Positions 19,170 to 28,323 of a stretch of DNA of 36,177 nucleotides are shown here, piece by piece. The notes under the pieces were generated by a model. That model saw nothing but the letters and a program-made list of their open reading frames with translations, was not told the origin of the DNA and ran no database searches. Origin of the DNA: Patescibacteria group bacterium (GTDB lineage: Bacteria; Patescibacteriota; Minisyncoccia; Phycocordibacterales; Phycocordibacteraceae); contig JAIETW010000001.1 in the NCBI GenBank assembly GCA_019744845.1, positions 243,999 to 280,175 on the forward strand, written 5' to 3'. A program made the translations under genes and the position numbers. Numbering within the stretch: the stretch's first letter is position 1; each line of letters opens with the position of its first letter.

Positions 19170-20969
19170 CTATCGCTCGCTCTCCTGTACCATTTTCATG
19201 AACACCTCTTCAGGGATCTCAACGCGCGCACTGTAGGCGGCACGATGCTTCTTACCTTTCTTCTGTTTCTCCAACAGCTTCTTCTTACGTGTTACGTCAC
19301 CTCCATAGAGATATCCGGTCACGTCTTTACGAAGTGCAGAAAGGGTCTTCGAAGAGATAATACGTCCAAGGGCATGAGCCTGGATCTTTGTGACCTGGAG
19401 CTGACGCGGAAGAATCTCATAGAGCTTCTCTACCATACGCTCCCCCTCTTCCTGCACACGACGACGAGACACCACACGTGCAAAGGCAGGCACCTCTTCT
19501 TCCGCGACCAGAATATCTAGACGCACCACATCTGCAATACGTTCATCAAGGAATTCATAGGAAAGCGATGCGTACCCGGACGATGCGTTCTTCACGCGGT
19601 CGAAGAACCCACGCATAAGCTCACGGAGTGGCATCTCCGCCGTAAGCTCAATACGACCATCAGAATACGTTTCCGTATGCTGAATCACTCCTTCGTGATC
19701 ATGGAAAAGCTGCAGAAGATTAGAAAGAGACTCTGGAGGTGTAATGAGAATGGCTTTCACCCATGGCTCTTCAATCATTTCTATATCTCCATAGGCAGGA
19801 AACTTGGATGGCGTGTATACGGTCTGACGTCCGCCAGCCTTCGTTGTCACGATGTACGCGATGGTAGGAATGGTAACGACAAGAGACAGAGAGAATTCGC
19901 GACGAAGACGTTCGGTCACAATCTCTAGGTGAAGCATTCCAAGAAACCCACAACGGAATCCGCGACCAAGCACACCTGAAGACTCTTCTTCAAAGGACAG
20001 TGAGGAGTCCGAAAGACGAAGCCGCTCCAGTGACTGACGGAGGTCAGCAAGGTCGTCCTGACTTTCTGGATACACAGATGCCCATACCACCGGACGAGGA
20101 CGCGCGAATCCTGGAAGTGCTGGAAGTGTGCCACGTTCAAGTGCAATTGTGTCTCCCACCGCCACCACTCCCGGTTCCTTAATACCGGTGACAATGTACC
20201 CAATCTCTCCGGCAGAGAGAGAATCTGCCGGTGTCTCATCAGGAATAAAGATTCCTGTTTCAAGCGCAGTGAACTTTTTGTCCGCTGCACGGAAGGTAAG
20301 CAAGTCTCCCTTCTTCACTGCCCCATCAAACACACGCACGTACACCGCGATACCGCGATGCGTGGAGAATGAAAAATCAAAGATAGTCGCACGTGCTTCG
20401 TTAGCTTCTGAAGGCCTAGGCGCAGGAACGCGCGCGATAATCGCCTCAAGAAGTTCTTCTACTCCTGCCCCACTCTTTCCTGAGACCGCAAGCACCGAGT
20501 CCGGATCTACGGACAGAAGTGACGCAAGCTCAAGCTTTATTTCTTCCACGCGTGCGTACGGAGAATCAATCTTTGATACTGCAGGAATGATCACACAACC
20601 TGCCTTCTGAGCCATACCAAGCGTGGTGAGCGTCTGCGCCTGCACGCCCTGGGTAGAATCCACGAGAAGAATCACTCCTTCCACCGCGGTAAGTGCACGG
20701 GATACCTCGTATGCAAAATCTATGTGCCCTGGAGTATCAATAAGGTTAAGTACGTAGTCCACTCCATCTTTTGCACGATAATTCATGCGTGCAGGCTGCA
20801 TCTTAATAGTGATGCCGCGCTCCCGCTCAAGATCCATACGATCAAGAACCTGGTCCCGCATCTTACGAGCCTCAATGGTATGGGTACGCTCAAGCATCCG
20901 GTCAGCCAAGGTGGACTTCCCGTGATCTATGTGGGCAATAATGGAAAAGTTACGAATCGGTGCGGTCAT
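19170..20969 (-). CDS. lepA: Elongation factor 4 (LepA)
   Basis: IRNFSIIAHIDHGKSTLADR, ERERGITIK, DTPGH, GFRCGFLGMLHLEI, YGGDVTRKKKLLEKQK. Confidence 0.97.
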   Translation of the reverse strand: MTAPIRNFSIIAHIDHGKSTLADRMLERTHTIEARKMRDQVLDRMDLERERGITIKMQPARMNYRAKDGVDYVLNLIDTPGHIDFAYEVSRALTAVEGVILLVDSTQGVQAQTLTTLGMAQKAGCVIIPAVSKIDSPYARVEEIKLELASLLSVDPDSVLAVSGKSGAGVEELLEAIIARVPAPRPSEANEARATIFDFSFSTHRGIAVYVRVFDGAVKKGDLLTFRAADKKFTALETGIFIPDETPADSLSAGEIGYIVTGIKEPGVVAVGDTIALERGTLPALPGFARPRPVVWASVYPESQDDLADLRQSLERLRLSDSSLSFEEESSGVLGRGFRCGFLGMLHLEIVTERLRREFSLSLVVTIPTIAYIVTTKAGGRQTVYTPSKFPAYGDIEMIEEPWVKAILITPPESLSNLLQLFHDHEGVIQHTETYSDGRIELTAEMPLRELMRGFFDRVKNASSGYASLSYEFLDERIADVVRLDILVAEEEVPAFARVVSRRRVQEEGERMVEKLYEILPRQLQVTKIQAHALGRIISSKTLSALRKDVTGYLYGGDVTRKKKLLEKQKKGKKHRAAYSARVEIPEEVFMKMVQESER

Positions 20970-22629
20970 TGAAAGTAGGGTTGTAGATCGGGGTCTTTGG
21001 GAGCGCAAAACGCTTCAGGGACGAACGTATGTCCTTGAATTCCTTGTTCTCTAGGAGGAAGAGCACTCCCGCAGCCGCTACGACTCCTACGATACCAGCC
21101 GTGAGCCCTTGCGCAAGCACGGAGGCCAAGGTGGAGAGTGGCGCGATGTTCCCCATGAGTGCAAGGGTCCAGTATGCTACCGTACCTCCCACAATCGCGG
21201 CCCCCGTACCTTCCATGATGGGGCGCACCAGTGACCCAGCTACTCCCGGCGCTACGGTGCGAAGCGTGAGAAGTGCCACGATCCCCATAAGGATGTACCC
21301 AAGCATGGCGCCAAAGGCAATGAAAAGAATGTCAGAGCCCTGCACTCCTTCTACACGCATAAGTGCTTCCATGAAGTCACGGGCAAACGGATAGGTCCGT
21401 GCGAGTGCGAGTGTGCCTGCGGCACCACCCACCGATGCAAGGAGGCCAAGAATCTGTATAAGAAATGGCATCCACGAACGACCCGCAGCATAGAAGGCAC
21501 GCGCGGAAAGCAACACAAGACCTTGCGGGACGAGCGCAAACGCAAGAATACCAAGCACTGCCGCAGTGAGGCGCGTATCGTCCCAGTCAAACGCACCAGT
21601 ACCAAGTACCACACGCACAATATGTGCGCGCATCACAATGGTGAGAATGGCAAGAATCGCGGACCAGAAAATAAGATGGCGCGCCGCAGCGGCAAGTGTC
21701 GCCGCAAACGCTTCCATGTGCCCTTCATTCATTTCTTTTGCGAGTACGGGGAATGCGGCAGTGGCATAGGACGCCGCAATCAAGGAAAGTGGCACGGCGG
21801 CAAGATTTCCCGCAAGCGCAAAGACCGCAATGCCTCCTGCGCCCGTAACTGCCGCAAGCATCGTAAGAAGGAAGAGGGTTGCGGCACCCATAGAGAGCGC
21901 AAGTGAGCGCGGCACCGATTCCTTAATCACGCTCACAAGGACTTTCGGTGACGGAACCACGAATGACGGGAATACGCCTGCGCCTGCAACGACGGGAATG
22001 TTAATCAACAAGTGCGCGATGCTTCCAAGAATCACCCCCACCCCAATCCCCGAGAGACCCATCGAGGGATACAAGAAGAGTGCGCCCACAATAATACCGA
22101 TGTTGTAGAGAATTGGAGAGAGTGCAAACAGCAAGAAACGACGGTTCACCTGCGTCACGCTTGCAAGCACACCAGACAATCCAAGAAGGATCGGCTGAAT
22201 GAGAAGCAGTCGCGCAAGCAATATAAATTCATCCGCGCGTGGTGAGTCCACAAAGTTCGGGAAGAGTGCAAAGAGCATCTGTGGCATCAGCCACGCAAGC
22301 ACTGCACAAATAATGCCGCCTCCTATAAACAGGAATGACGCAGCCTGTGAGAGCAGTTTCTGCACTTCTTCTTTCCGCACTCCTGCAATCCGTGGAATAA
22401 GCACATACGCAGAGACAAGTGAGGCGACGAGCGCAAATACGAGGTCAGGAATCTTGAACGCAGCGTAGTAGAGGTCAAGCGTCTCCCCTGCACCAAAGGC
22501 TCCCGCAAAGATGCGATCCCGAAGAAGCGCAAGAAGTTGCGAGGCAAAGGTCAGAGCTGCCAAGAGATACGCAGCCTGATGAAGACCGCGTATCGGCGCC
22601 GTGAGAGTTCCAAAGAGGCGCGTAACCAT
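20950..22629 (-). CDS. murJ: Lipid II flippase MurJ (MviN)
   Basis: SQLLALLRDRIFA..FGAG..LD.YYAAFKIPD, P.LYN.GII, RAFYA; many TM segments. Confidence 0.9.
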   Translation of the reverse strand: MVTRLFGTLTAPIRGLHQAAYLLAALTFASQLLALLRDRIFAGAFGAGETLDLYYAAFKIPDLVFALVASLVSAYVLIPRIAGVRKEEVQKLLSQAASFLFIGGGIICAVLAWLMPQMLFALFPNFVDSPRADEFILLARLLLIQPILLGLSGVLASVTQVNRRFLLFALSPILYNIGIIVGALFLYPSMGLSGIGVGVILGSIAHLLINIPVVAGAGVFPSFVVPSPKVLVSVIKESVPRSLALSMGAATLFLLTMLAAVTGAGGIAVFALAGNLAAVPLSLIAASYATAAFPVLAKEMNEGHMEAFAATLAAAARHLIFWSAILAILTIVMRAHIVRVVLGTGAFDWDDTRLTAAVLGILAFALVPQGLVLLSARAFYAAGRSWMPFLIQILGLLASVGGAAGTLALARTYPFARDFMEALMRVEGVQGSDILFIAFGAMLGYILMGIVALLTLRTVAPGVAGSLVRPIMEGTGAAIVGGTVAYWTLALMGNIAPLSTLASVLAQGLTAGIVGVVAAAGVLFLLENKEFKDIRSSLKRFALPKTPIYNPTFNDRTDS

Positions 22630-22638
22630 TGTGTCTCC

Positions 22639-24996
22639 CTACGGCGTAGGCGTTACTCCCGCAGGGGTCGGCTCATCCACTGGAGCGTACGGAATACCGA
22701 AGGCAGCCACGCGTGCGCTTGGGAATGGATTGGTGCCTGCATCAAGCGCGGCAATATCTGCAGCAACCGCTATCGCATTGTCTTCAGAGAATCCTGCAAC
22801 CACGCGGAGCTGCTCTGCTGCGCGAGGATACTCACCTGAAAGGGCGTACATCATTCCAAGGTAGAAGTGTGCGTTTGCGAACTGTGGGTTAAGCGCGACC
22901 GCACGTGTAAGAGCCTCTATTGCTCCTGCCGTGTTCCCTCCTGCATAACGAAGAAGGCCAGTCTGGAGCAATACTCCCGGATCATTTGGTGCGAAGTATG
23001 CAGCAGCTTCTGCGGCCTGGAGCGCTTCGGCGGTTTTACCCGAGGTCACCGCAAGACGTGCGTAGAGGAGAATTGCTTCTGTGTAATCACGCTTGAGGTT
23101 AATTGCCTCAATAAGAAGTGTTTCAGCGGCTGCATTGTTTCCTCGCGTAATCTCAAGCTGTGCCATTACAAAGCGAAGTGCCGGATTGGTCGGCGCAAGT
23201 TCTGCTGCCCGAGTGTATGCCCCCACTGCTTCTTCGTATGCACCCTGCACACCAAGCGGTACCAAACTCCCATAGATATTTCCTAGGAGTGCCCAGTTCT
23301 GGTAGTTCTGGGGATCAATCTTTGCCGCCTCAAGTCCTGCCACAATCGCACTCCCTGCTGCTGCACGAACGCGCTCCTGCATAACGGCTGGTGCAAGCGT
23401 GGTGTCCGCTGCGGCACGGTTCATCTGTGCAAGTGCAATAAGTGAAGTCAGACGGAAGGTCTCATCACGTGGCGCGAGATTTATGGATGCCGTGACTGCC
23501 TCAGCGGCTTTTTCTACGTTCCCAGATCCAAGAGCAGTAGACGCCTGCTGGGCAAGCACACGAGCCGCATATCGTTCAATGACTGCGTATCCTGCCGCAA
23601 TGGAGATGATGAGGAGGAGTGTGAGGAGGAACACGATTCCAAATCCAAGACGTGGATTCTCTGCAAACACAAACACTCGCTTGTGCTCCCCTTCAAGCGA
23701 CGCGATGAAGAGGCCGAGAAGAATGAATCCAACTGCCATAGTGACCGGTCCCGGGAGCGCGAACACCATAAGAAGGAGTACATAGAGTGCGCCAAAGAAA
23801 GATCCCATCATCACAAGACGACCCCAACGATCTTCTGGCAGACGAGCAATGAGTCCACGAACTCCAAAGAAGAGCAGGACGGCGAAAAAGCCCAGCCATG
23901 CAAGCACACCGAGAATGCCAGTGGTGACAAATGACGTTGGCACATGTCCTACCCCTGAACCGAAGTCCACTGCCCAGAAGATGCTGTCGTTAATAGAGCG
24001 ATCGTGATGACGTACCCATTCCTCAAGGAATGAGTTTGGTCCTGTACCGAATATCGGAGACACTGCATAGGTGTGGGTACCAATACCGAAGGTAGCCTGC
24101 CAGGATGGACGTGCATCTATATAGGTAGTGCCAAAGAGGTTCGCGATACTTCCTCCAATCGTGGTACCCCCAAGTACAAACAGAAGCCCGAGCACCAGCG
24201 TGATAAGTGGAAGCACCAAAGGACGAGAGTGTGGTTCCGCTACCGCAACTGAACGATTGCGGTACATCACTGACTCTACGAAGAGCCCAAGCGCAACGAG
24301 AGACACCAAGATCCATACGATCATTGAGTTCACGAGTGTAAGCGCAAAGAGAGAAATCACGACTGCGACTGTGAACTGCATGCGGCGTGCACCTCCGAGC
24401 ATGCGAATTGCAAGAAGACCAAAAATCGCGATAAGGCCTACAAAGGCGCCCATATCAATGAAGGAGCCAATGAAGTTTGAGGTAGGAGACACCGTTGCAG
24501 GAGAGAGAGACCCCACAAGCACAAAGATCACTTCAGACACGAGAACAAGAAGGAACGAGACACCGAGACCTGACAAAAAGAGGCGTTGGGCACGGACAGT
24601 GCGGAGGATAAATGCAGCAAGGGTTGCAAGCAGCGAGAGGACGAGGAAGAGACCAAGGGTGTCGGAGGAGAACCCGTTTCCATAGACTGCCGCATCAAAT
24701 CCAACTCCAGAGAAGAGTGTGGAAAGTGCATAGGCAATCGGCACCAGCCAAAGTGCACCCAAAAGTGGCAAATGAGGCACTGGAACACCGCCGCGCTTAA
24801 GAGATGCAAGTGCAAACACCACGAGCGTGATGAGTGCACCCACCGCAAGTACTACCGTCTTGGTCTGATAAAACGGTATTGAAGAAACGGGAATCGCGAT
24901 AAGTACGGCGATCACCGTCGTGATCGTAAGTGCCCACACCGCAAGTGCTTCAAGTGAGAAGCGGCGCACGCTCGTCGTTGTTGAAATATCCTCCAT
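22639..24996 (-). CDS. Polytopic membrane protein (O-antigen-ligase-like region) with C-terminal TPR repeats
   Basis: About 12 TM segments, loop motif PIFGTGPNSF, TPR patterns (AYTRAAELAPTN, ALTRAVALNPQFANAHFYLG). Confidence 0.75.
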   Translation of the reverse strand: MEDISTTTSVRRFSLEALAVWALTITTVIAVLIAIPVSSIPFYQTKTVVLAVGALITLVVFALASLKRGGVPVPHLPLLGALWLVPIAYALSTLFSGVGFDAAVYGNGFSSDTLGLFLVLSLLATLAAFILRTVRAQRLFLSGLGVSFLLVLVSEVIFVLVGSLSPATVSPTSNFIGSFIDMGAFVGLIAIFGLLAIRMLGGARRMQFTVAVVISLFALTLVNSMIVWILVSLVALGLFVESVMYRNRSVAVAEPHSRPLVLPLITLVLGLLFVLGGTTIGGSIANLFGTTYIDARPSWQATFGIGTHTYAVSPIFGTGPNSFLEEWVRHHDRSINDSIFWAVDFGSGVGHVPTSFVTTGILGVLAWLGFFAVLLFFGVRGLIARLPEDRWGRLVMMGSFFGALYVLLLMVFALPGPVTMAVGFILLGLFIASLEGEHKRVFVFAENPRLGFGIVFLLTLLLIISIAAGYAVIERYAARVLAQQASTALGSGNVEKAAEAVTASINLAPRDETFRLTSLIALAQMNRAAADTTLAPAVMQERVRAAAGSAIVAGLEAAKIDPQNYQNWALLGNIYGSLVPLGVQGAYEEAVGAYTRAAELAPTNPALRFVMAQLEITRGNNAAAETLLIEAINLKRDYTEAILLYARLAVTSGKTAEALQAAEAAAYFAPNDPGVLLQTGLLRYAGGNTAGAIEALTRAVALNPQFANAHFYLGMMYALSGEYPRAAEQLRVVAGFSEDNAIAVAADIAALDAGTNPFPSARVAAFGIPYAPVDEPTPAGVTPTP

Positions 24997-25075
24997 ATAT
25001 ATGTCCCCTATGCCCGTACTAATCTTCTCAGTATACCCTCTTGCGAGGGGTGTATTTATGAAAAACCGTGGATAG

Positions 25076-25104
25076 GAAAAGCCCGCCGGTTAGGGCGGGC
25101 TCTC
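25076..25104 (-). terminator. Intrinsic terminator downstream of rnpB
   Basis: Minus strand gcccgcc-ctaacc-ggcgggc followed by TTTT. Confidence 0.75.
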
Positions 25105-25114
25105 CATGTGTGTC

Positions 25115-25434
25115 GACCGATACGATAAGCCGAATTCTGTCATGCATTGCTGCACGGACGATTATCTATCTGGGAATGACATTACTGTCACCCTCAAGCG
25201 GCGCTCTCCGGTAAAGGAGCACGGCCTTGCACAGAAGTAAGGATTTGGCCGTTTCATCTTCATCTCTCAATGAAGTTCATCCCGAAGGATGTCATTGGCT
25301 TTCGCCTCCGACGTCACTGTTCGCACCTCGCGCCTCGCGGCGGACGGGCGTTACCCGCTACCATCCTGCAGAATAATCTGCCTGTGTTCGGACTTTCCTC
25401 TCTTATTGCTAAGAGCAATCGTCTGTATCGGTCC
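25115..25434 (-). ncRNA. rnpB: RNase P RNA
   Basis: Minus strand has GAGGAAAGTCCGAAC and ACAGAATTCGGCTTAT (P4 halves), P1 gaccgatac/gtatcggtc and GATGAAACGG; TATAAT lies about 7 nt upstream. Confidence 0.95.
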
Positions 25435-25452
25435 GTCTATTATTATACCACA

Positions 25453-25914
25453 CTAACGAGGAATCGGAAGAACCGTGCCAACTTCCCACCCCTTACGTCT
25501 TGCCTCTCCTGCTTTGGTTTCAAGTACATACGGAATAGGTACGGGAGGATAGAACGCAGTTGGATACGTGTCCGGTGTGACTGAGTCTTCTATTCCGACA
25601 ATGGTGCCATCTTCAGCAATCCAAATGATGTCTATGGAGATTCGCATGTCTTTCATCCAAAACCCATAGCTTCCTGGTTCAGGAAAAATAAAGAACATGC
25701 CGTAGTTCTCTTCTATATCAGTACGAAAAGAGAGTCCTTTGGTACGACTATCAGGCGTATCGGCGAATTCTATATAAAACGGCTCTTCCTCTATCGTAAC
25801 GGTGGTATCAAACGTGTCTGGTGTCTCGGAGTTCATCCACCAATACGTAATACCGCCTGCAGCGAGTACAAGAATGACAAGAAGAATGTTCCGGATCACG
25901 GCAAGAGTGCGCAC
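25453..25914 (-). CDS. DUF192 family protein
   Basis: N-terminal TM, ADT..R.KGLSFR, GMFFIF, FWMKDMRISIDIIWI, YVLE..AG. Confidence 0.9.
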   Translation of the reverse strand: MRTLAVIRNILLVILVLAAGGITYWWMNSETPDTFDTTVTIEEEPFYIEFADTPDSRTKGLSFRTDIEENYGMFFIFPEPGSYGFWMKDMRISIDIIWIAEDGTIVGIEDSVTPDTYPTAFYPPVPIPYVLETKAGEARRKGWEVGTVLPIPR

Positions 25915-26363
25915 ATGAGCGCGGCTGTTGCGGCCTCTACGCCTTTATTATGCTTCCCCGTTGAACGTACGCGCGCCTGGGTAAGAGAGTTCGGCGTAAT
26001 CACCCCGAATGCAATGGGCACCTTGTAGTTGATCGTGAGAGTCGTAATACCCGCAGCAACCGCATTGGAAATGTAGCGATCGTGTTCCGTTTCTCCTTTG
26101 ATGACACAACCAAGCGCAATGATCGCATCAGGTTTTTTCTTTCCTGAGAGAAGTTTTATGCAACCAAATGGAATCTCAAAACTCCCTGGCACATGGATCA
26201 CTCGTATATTCTTTTCCTTTACTCCCCACTGTTTCAGTGTGGTTTGTGCGCCTGTCAAAAGACGCTCCGTCACATCACTATTAAAATCTGAGACGACAAT
26301 TCCGACGGAAAGACGTGATGCATCTTGAGTCTTAACCGTTTTTTCGTAGTGGCTTCGCTGCAT
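25896..26363 (-). CDS. ribH: 6,7-dimethyl-8-ribityllumazine synthase
   Basis: IVVSDFN, VPGSFEIP, ALGCVIKGETEH, PIAFGVIT, NKGVEAA. Confidence 0.95.
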   Translation of the reverse strand: MQRSHYEKTVKTQDASRLSVGIVVSDFNSDVTERLLTGAQTTLKQWGVKEKNIRVIHVPGSFEIPFGCIKLLSGKKKPDAIIALGCVIKGETEHDRYISNAVAAGITTLTINYKVPIAFGVITPNSLTQARVRSTGKHNKGVEAATAALMCALLP

Positions 26364-26949
26364 ATGCGGTAACTCTAGCATGGCCTCTATGGCGGGCCAT
26401 GATGTCGGTTTCTACGTTTACCATATCTCCTACCGTAAGGTTGGTAAGTGTCGTGTGCGCAAGGGTGTGCGGCACGAGCGCCACGGTCACCCAGGGGCCA
26501 TGACGCTTGGCAACCGTAAGCGACACTCCATCAAGCGCTATGGAGCCTCTAGAGATTGCGTAGCGCGCAAGACCCGCAGGAAGCTTGAGGGTGAGCAGTG
26601 TAGAGCGTCCTTCTCTTTTCTTCTCTCCAACCCTTGCCACTCCTTCAACATGTCCCATGACGAGATGCCCGTCCATACGATCACCAAATTGGAGCGAGCG
26701 CTCAAGGTTTACCTCATCTCCTTTTTGTATATTCCCTACCGTAGTGACGCGGAGAGTCTCCGGCATATATTCAACGACTACGCTGGTACTGGTAGAACGA
26801 ACGACCGTAGAGCAGACACCGGACACATTGATGCTTTGCCCGTTCTTCAATTTCCACGACGCAGGCTTTGAGAATGTGACGGTGCGTACCGCTCCCTTTT
26901 TCTCTACCCGAGTGATCTTCCCTTTCTTCTCTATAATTCCAGTAAACAT
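26332..26949 (-). CDS. ribE: Riboflavin synthase (alpha chain)
   Basis: MFTGIIE N-terminal signature, GVCSTV, VNLERS, GHLVMGHVEG, GSIALDGVSLTV, VNVETD. Confidence 0.95.
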   Translation of the reverse strand: MFTGIIEKKGKITRVEKKGAVRTVTFSKPASWKLKNGQSINVSGVCSTVVRSTSTSVVVEYMPETLRVTTVGNIQKGDEVNLERSLQFGDRMDGHLVMGHVEGVARVGEKKREGRSTLLTLKLPAGLARYAISRGSIALDGVSLTVAKRHGPWVTVALVPHTLAHTTLTNLTVGDMVNVETDIMARHRGHARVTAYAAKPLRKNG

Positions 26950-26953
26950 GAGT

Positions 26954-27289
26954 TTAGGAGAGTATGTCTTGTGCACGCACCGCATCACTATGCATCGCCT
27001 CCTTCAATTGTTCATCGTTTTCAAATCGCGCAGTTTCCCGAATCTTTTCTACTAAGATGATGCGGATGTCTTTCCCATAGAGATCCCCAGAAAAGTCAAA
27101 GAGGTGTGCTTCTAGAATGTGGCGCTCGGGATCTGCAAACGCGACTGCGGCGTACATGGTGTCATCAAGTACTACATGTGCAGCATAGATACCCGACACA
27201 CTGGTATCCGTAAGGGGAATGTTCGCGGTTGGGTACCCAAGCGCGTGCGCTTTTGCACTTCCTCCCGCAACAATGCCGTGAAATTCCAT
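26954..27289 (-). CDS. Stand-alone riboflavin kinase (RibF C-terminal domain only)
   Basis: MEFHGIVAGG....ALGYPTANI, GIYAA, EAHLFDFSGDLYG, KIRE..RF. The ORF-track extension to 27346 lies inside tRNA-Ser. Confidence 0.9.
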   Translation of the reverse strand: MEFHGIVAGGSAKAHALGYPTANIPLTDTSVSGIYAAHVVLDDTMYAAVAFADPERHILEAHLFDFSGDLYGKDIRIILVEKIRETARFENDEQLKEAMHSDAVRAQDILS

Positions 27290-27378
27290 GGCGGAGGCGG
27301 AGAGATTCGAACTCTCGAGACCCTTTCGAGCCTGCCACCTTTCCAAGGTGGTGCACTAGACCACTATGCGACGCCTCC
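27289..27378 (-). tRNA. tRNA-Ser(GGA), long variable arm, CCA encoded
   Basis: ggaggcg-tcgcatagtggtctagtgc-ccacc TTGGAAA ggtgg-variable arm-agttcgaatct-cgcctcc GCCA. Confidence 0.96.
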
Positions 27379-27387
27379 GTGAGGCTG

Positions 27388-28293
27388 TTATACCACTTCT
27401 TCCGCCTTGCTACCAAGAAGGCGCTTCACGCGATCCTCTACCGGTGGATGGGTCGCAAAGAGCTTGTTCACGAACTTCCCTGCCTCTGCGCCAAAGGGAT
27501 TTGCAATGAACAAGTGCGCAGTCGCGTGACTGGCCTTACGCATTGGTGCGGCGTATCCACTGATCTTTCGGAGTGCACTGGCGAGTCCTTCTGGATAACG
27601 AGTGAGAAGTGCGCCTGACGCGTCCGCAAGATATTCACGACGACGAGAGATCGCAAGTTGAATAAGCTGCGCAGCGATAGGGGCAAGGATGATGGCAATC
27701 ACTGCAAGCACCGCCATGATCGCGCCTCCCTTTCCACTGTCCCGATCATTCCCACCCATAAGCGACATACGAAGGAACATGTCTGCGACAATAGCGATCA
27801 CTCCCGCAAGCACCACCGCAACCGTCATGACCAGCATGTCTTTGTTTTTGATGTGAGAGAGCTCGTGTGCGATCACTCCCTCAAGCTCTGCACGATCAAG
27901 CATTGCAAGAAGTCCGGTCGTGGCTGCCACCACCGCATGCTTCTCATCACGTCCGGTCGCAAACGCATTTGGCGCAGGATCATTCACCACGTAGAGTTTT
28001 GGCATTGGCATGCCGTTTGCGATAGAGAGATTTTCCGTGATGGTGTAAAGATCAAAGTACTCTTCACGAGACGCAGGCTTTGCGCCCGTCATAGAAAGCA
28101 CAATCTTGTCGGAGAACCAATAACTTCCCACGTTCATGAGAAGGGAGAAAATCACTGCCCCATAGAGAATGCTTACGTCTCCGTAATACCAGGAGAGCGC
28201 CCATCCGATTGCAATAACCACGAGCAAGAACCCGAGCATGAGGCCCCAGGTTCTCAGTACATTATTTGATCGTTCTTGATATAAGTTTGCCAT
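27388..28293 (-). CDS. htpX: M48 zinc metalloprotease HtpX
   Basis: PNAFATGR, AHELSHIKNKD, AISRRREYLADA, ATHPPVEDRV. Confidence 0.95.
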   Translation of the reverse strand: MANLYQERSNNVLRTWGLMLGFLLVVIAIGWALSWYYGDVSILYGAVIFSLLMNVGSYWFSDKIVLSMTGAKPASREEYFDLYTITENLSIANGMPMPKLYVVNDPAPNAFATGRDEKHAVVAATTGLLAMLDRAELEGVIAHELSHIKNKDMLVMTVAVVLAGVIAIVADMFLRMSLMGGNDRDSGKGGAIMAVLAVIAIILAPIAAQLIQLAISRRREYLADASGALLTRYPEGLASALRKISGYAAPMRKASHATAHLFIANPFGAEAGKFVNKLFATHPPVEDRVKRLLGSKAEEVV

Positions 28294-28323
28294 AGATAAC
28301 CGCTAGTATACCAAAATCTATTT

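Noticed and set aside
25270-25584. 104-aa + ORF
   Set aside because: Antisense to rnpB and the DUF192 gene.
27290-27346. N-terminal extension of the riboflavin kinase ORF in the track
   Set aside because: It is tRNA-Ser sequence; family similarity begins at ATG 27289.
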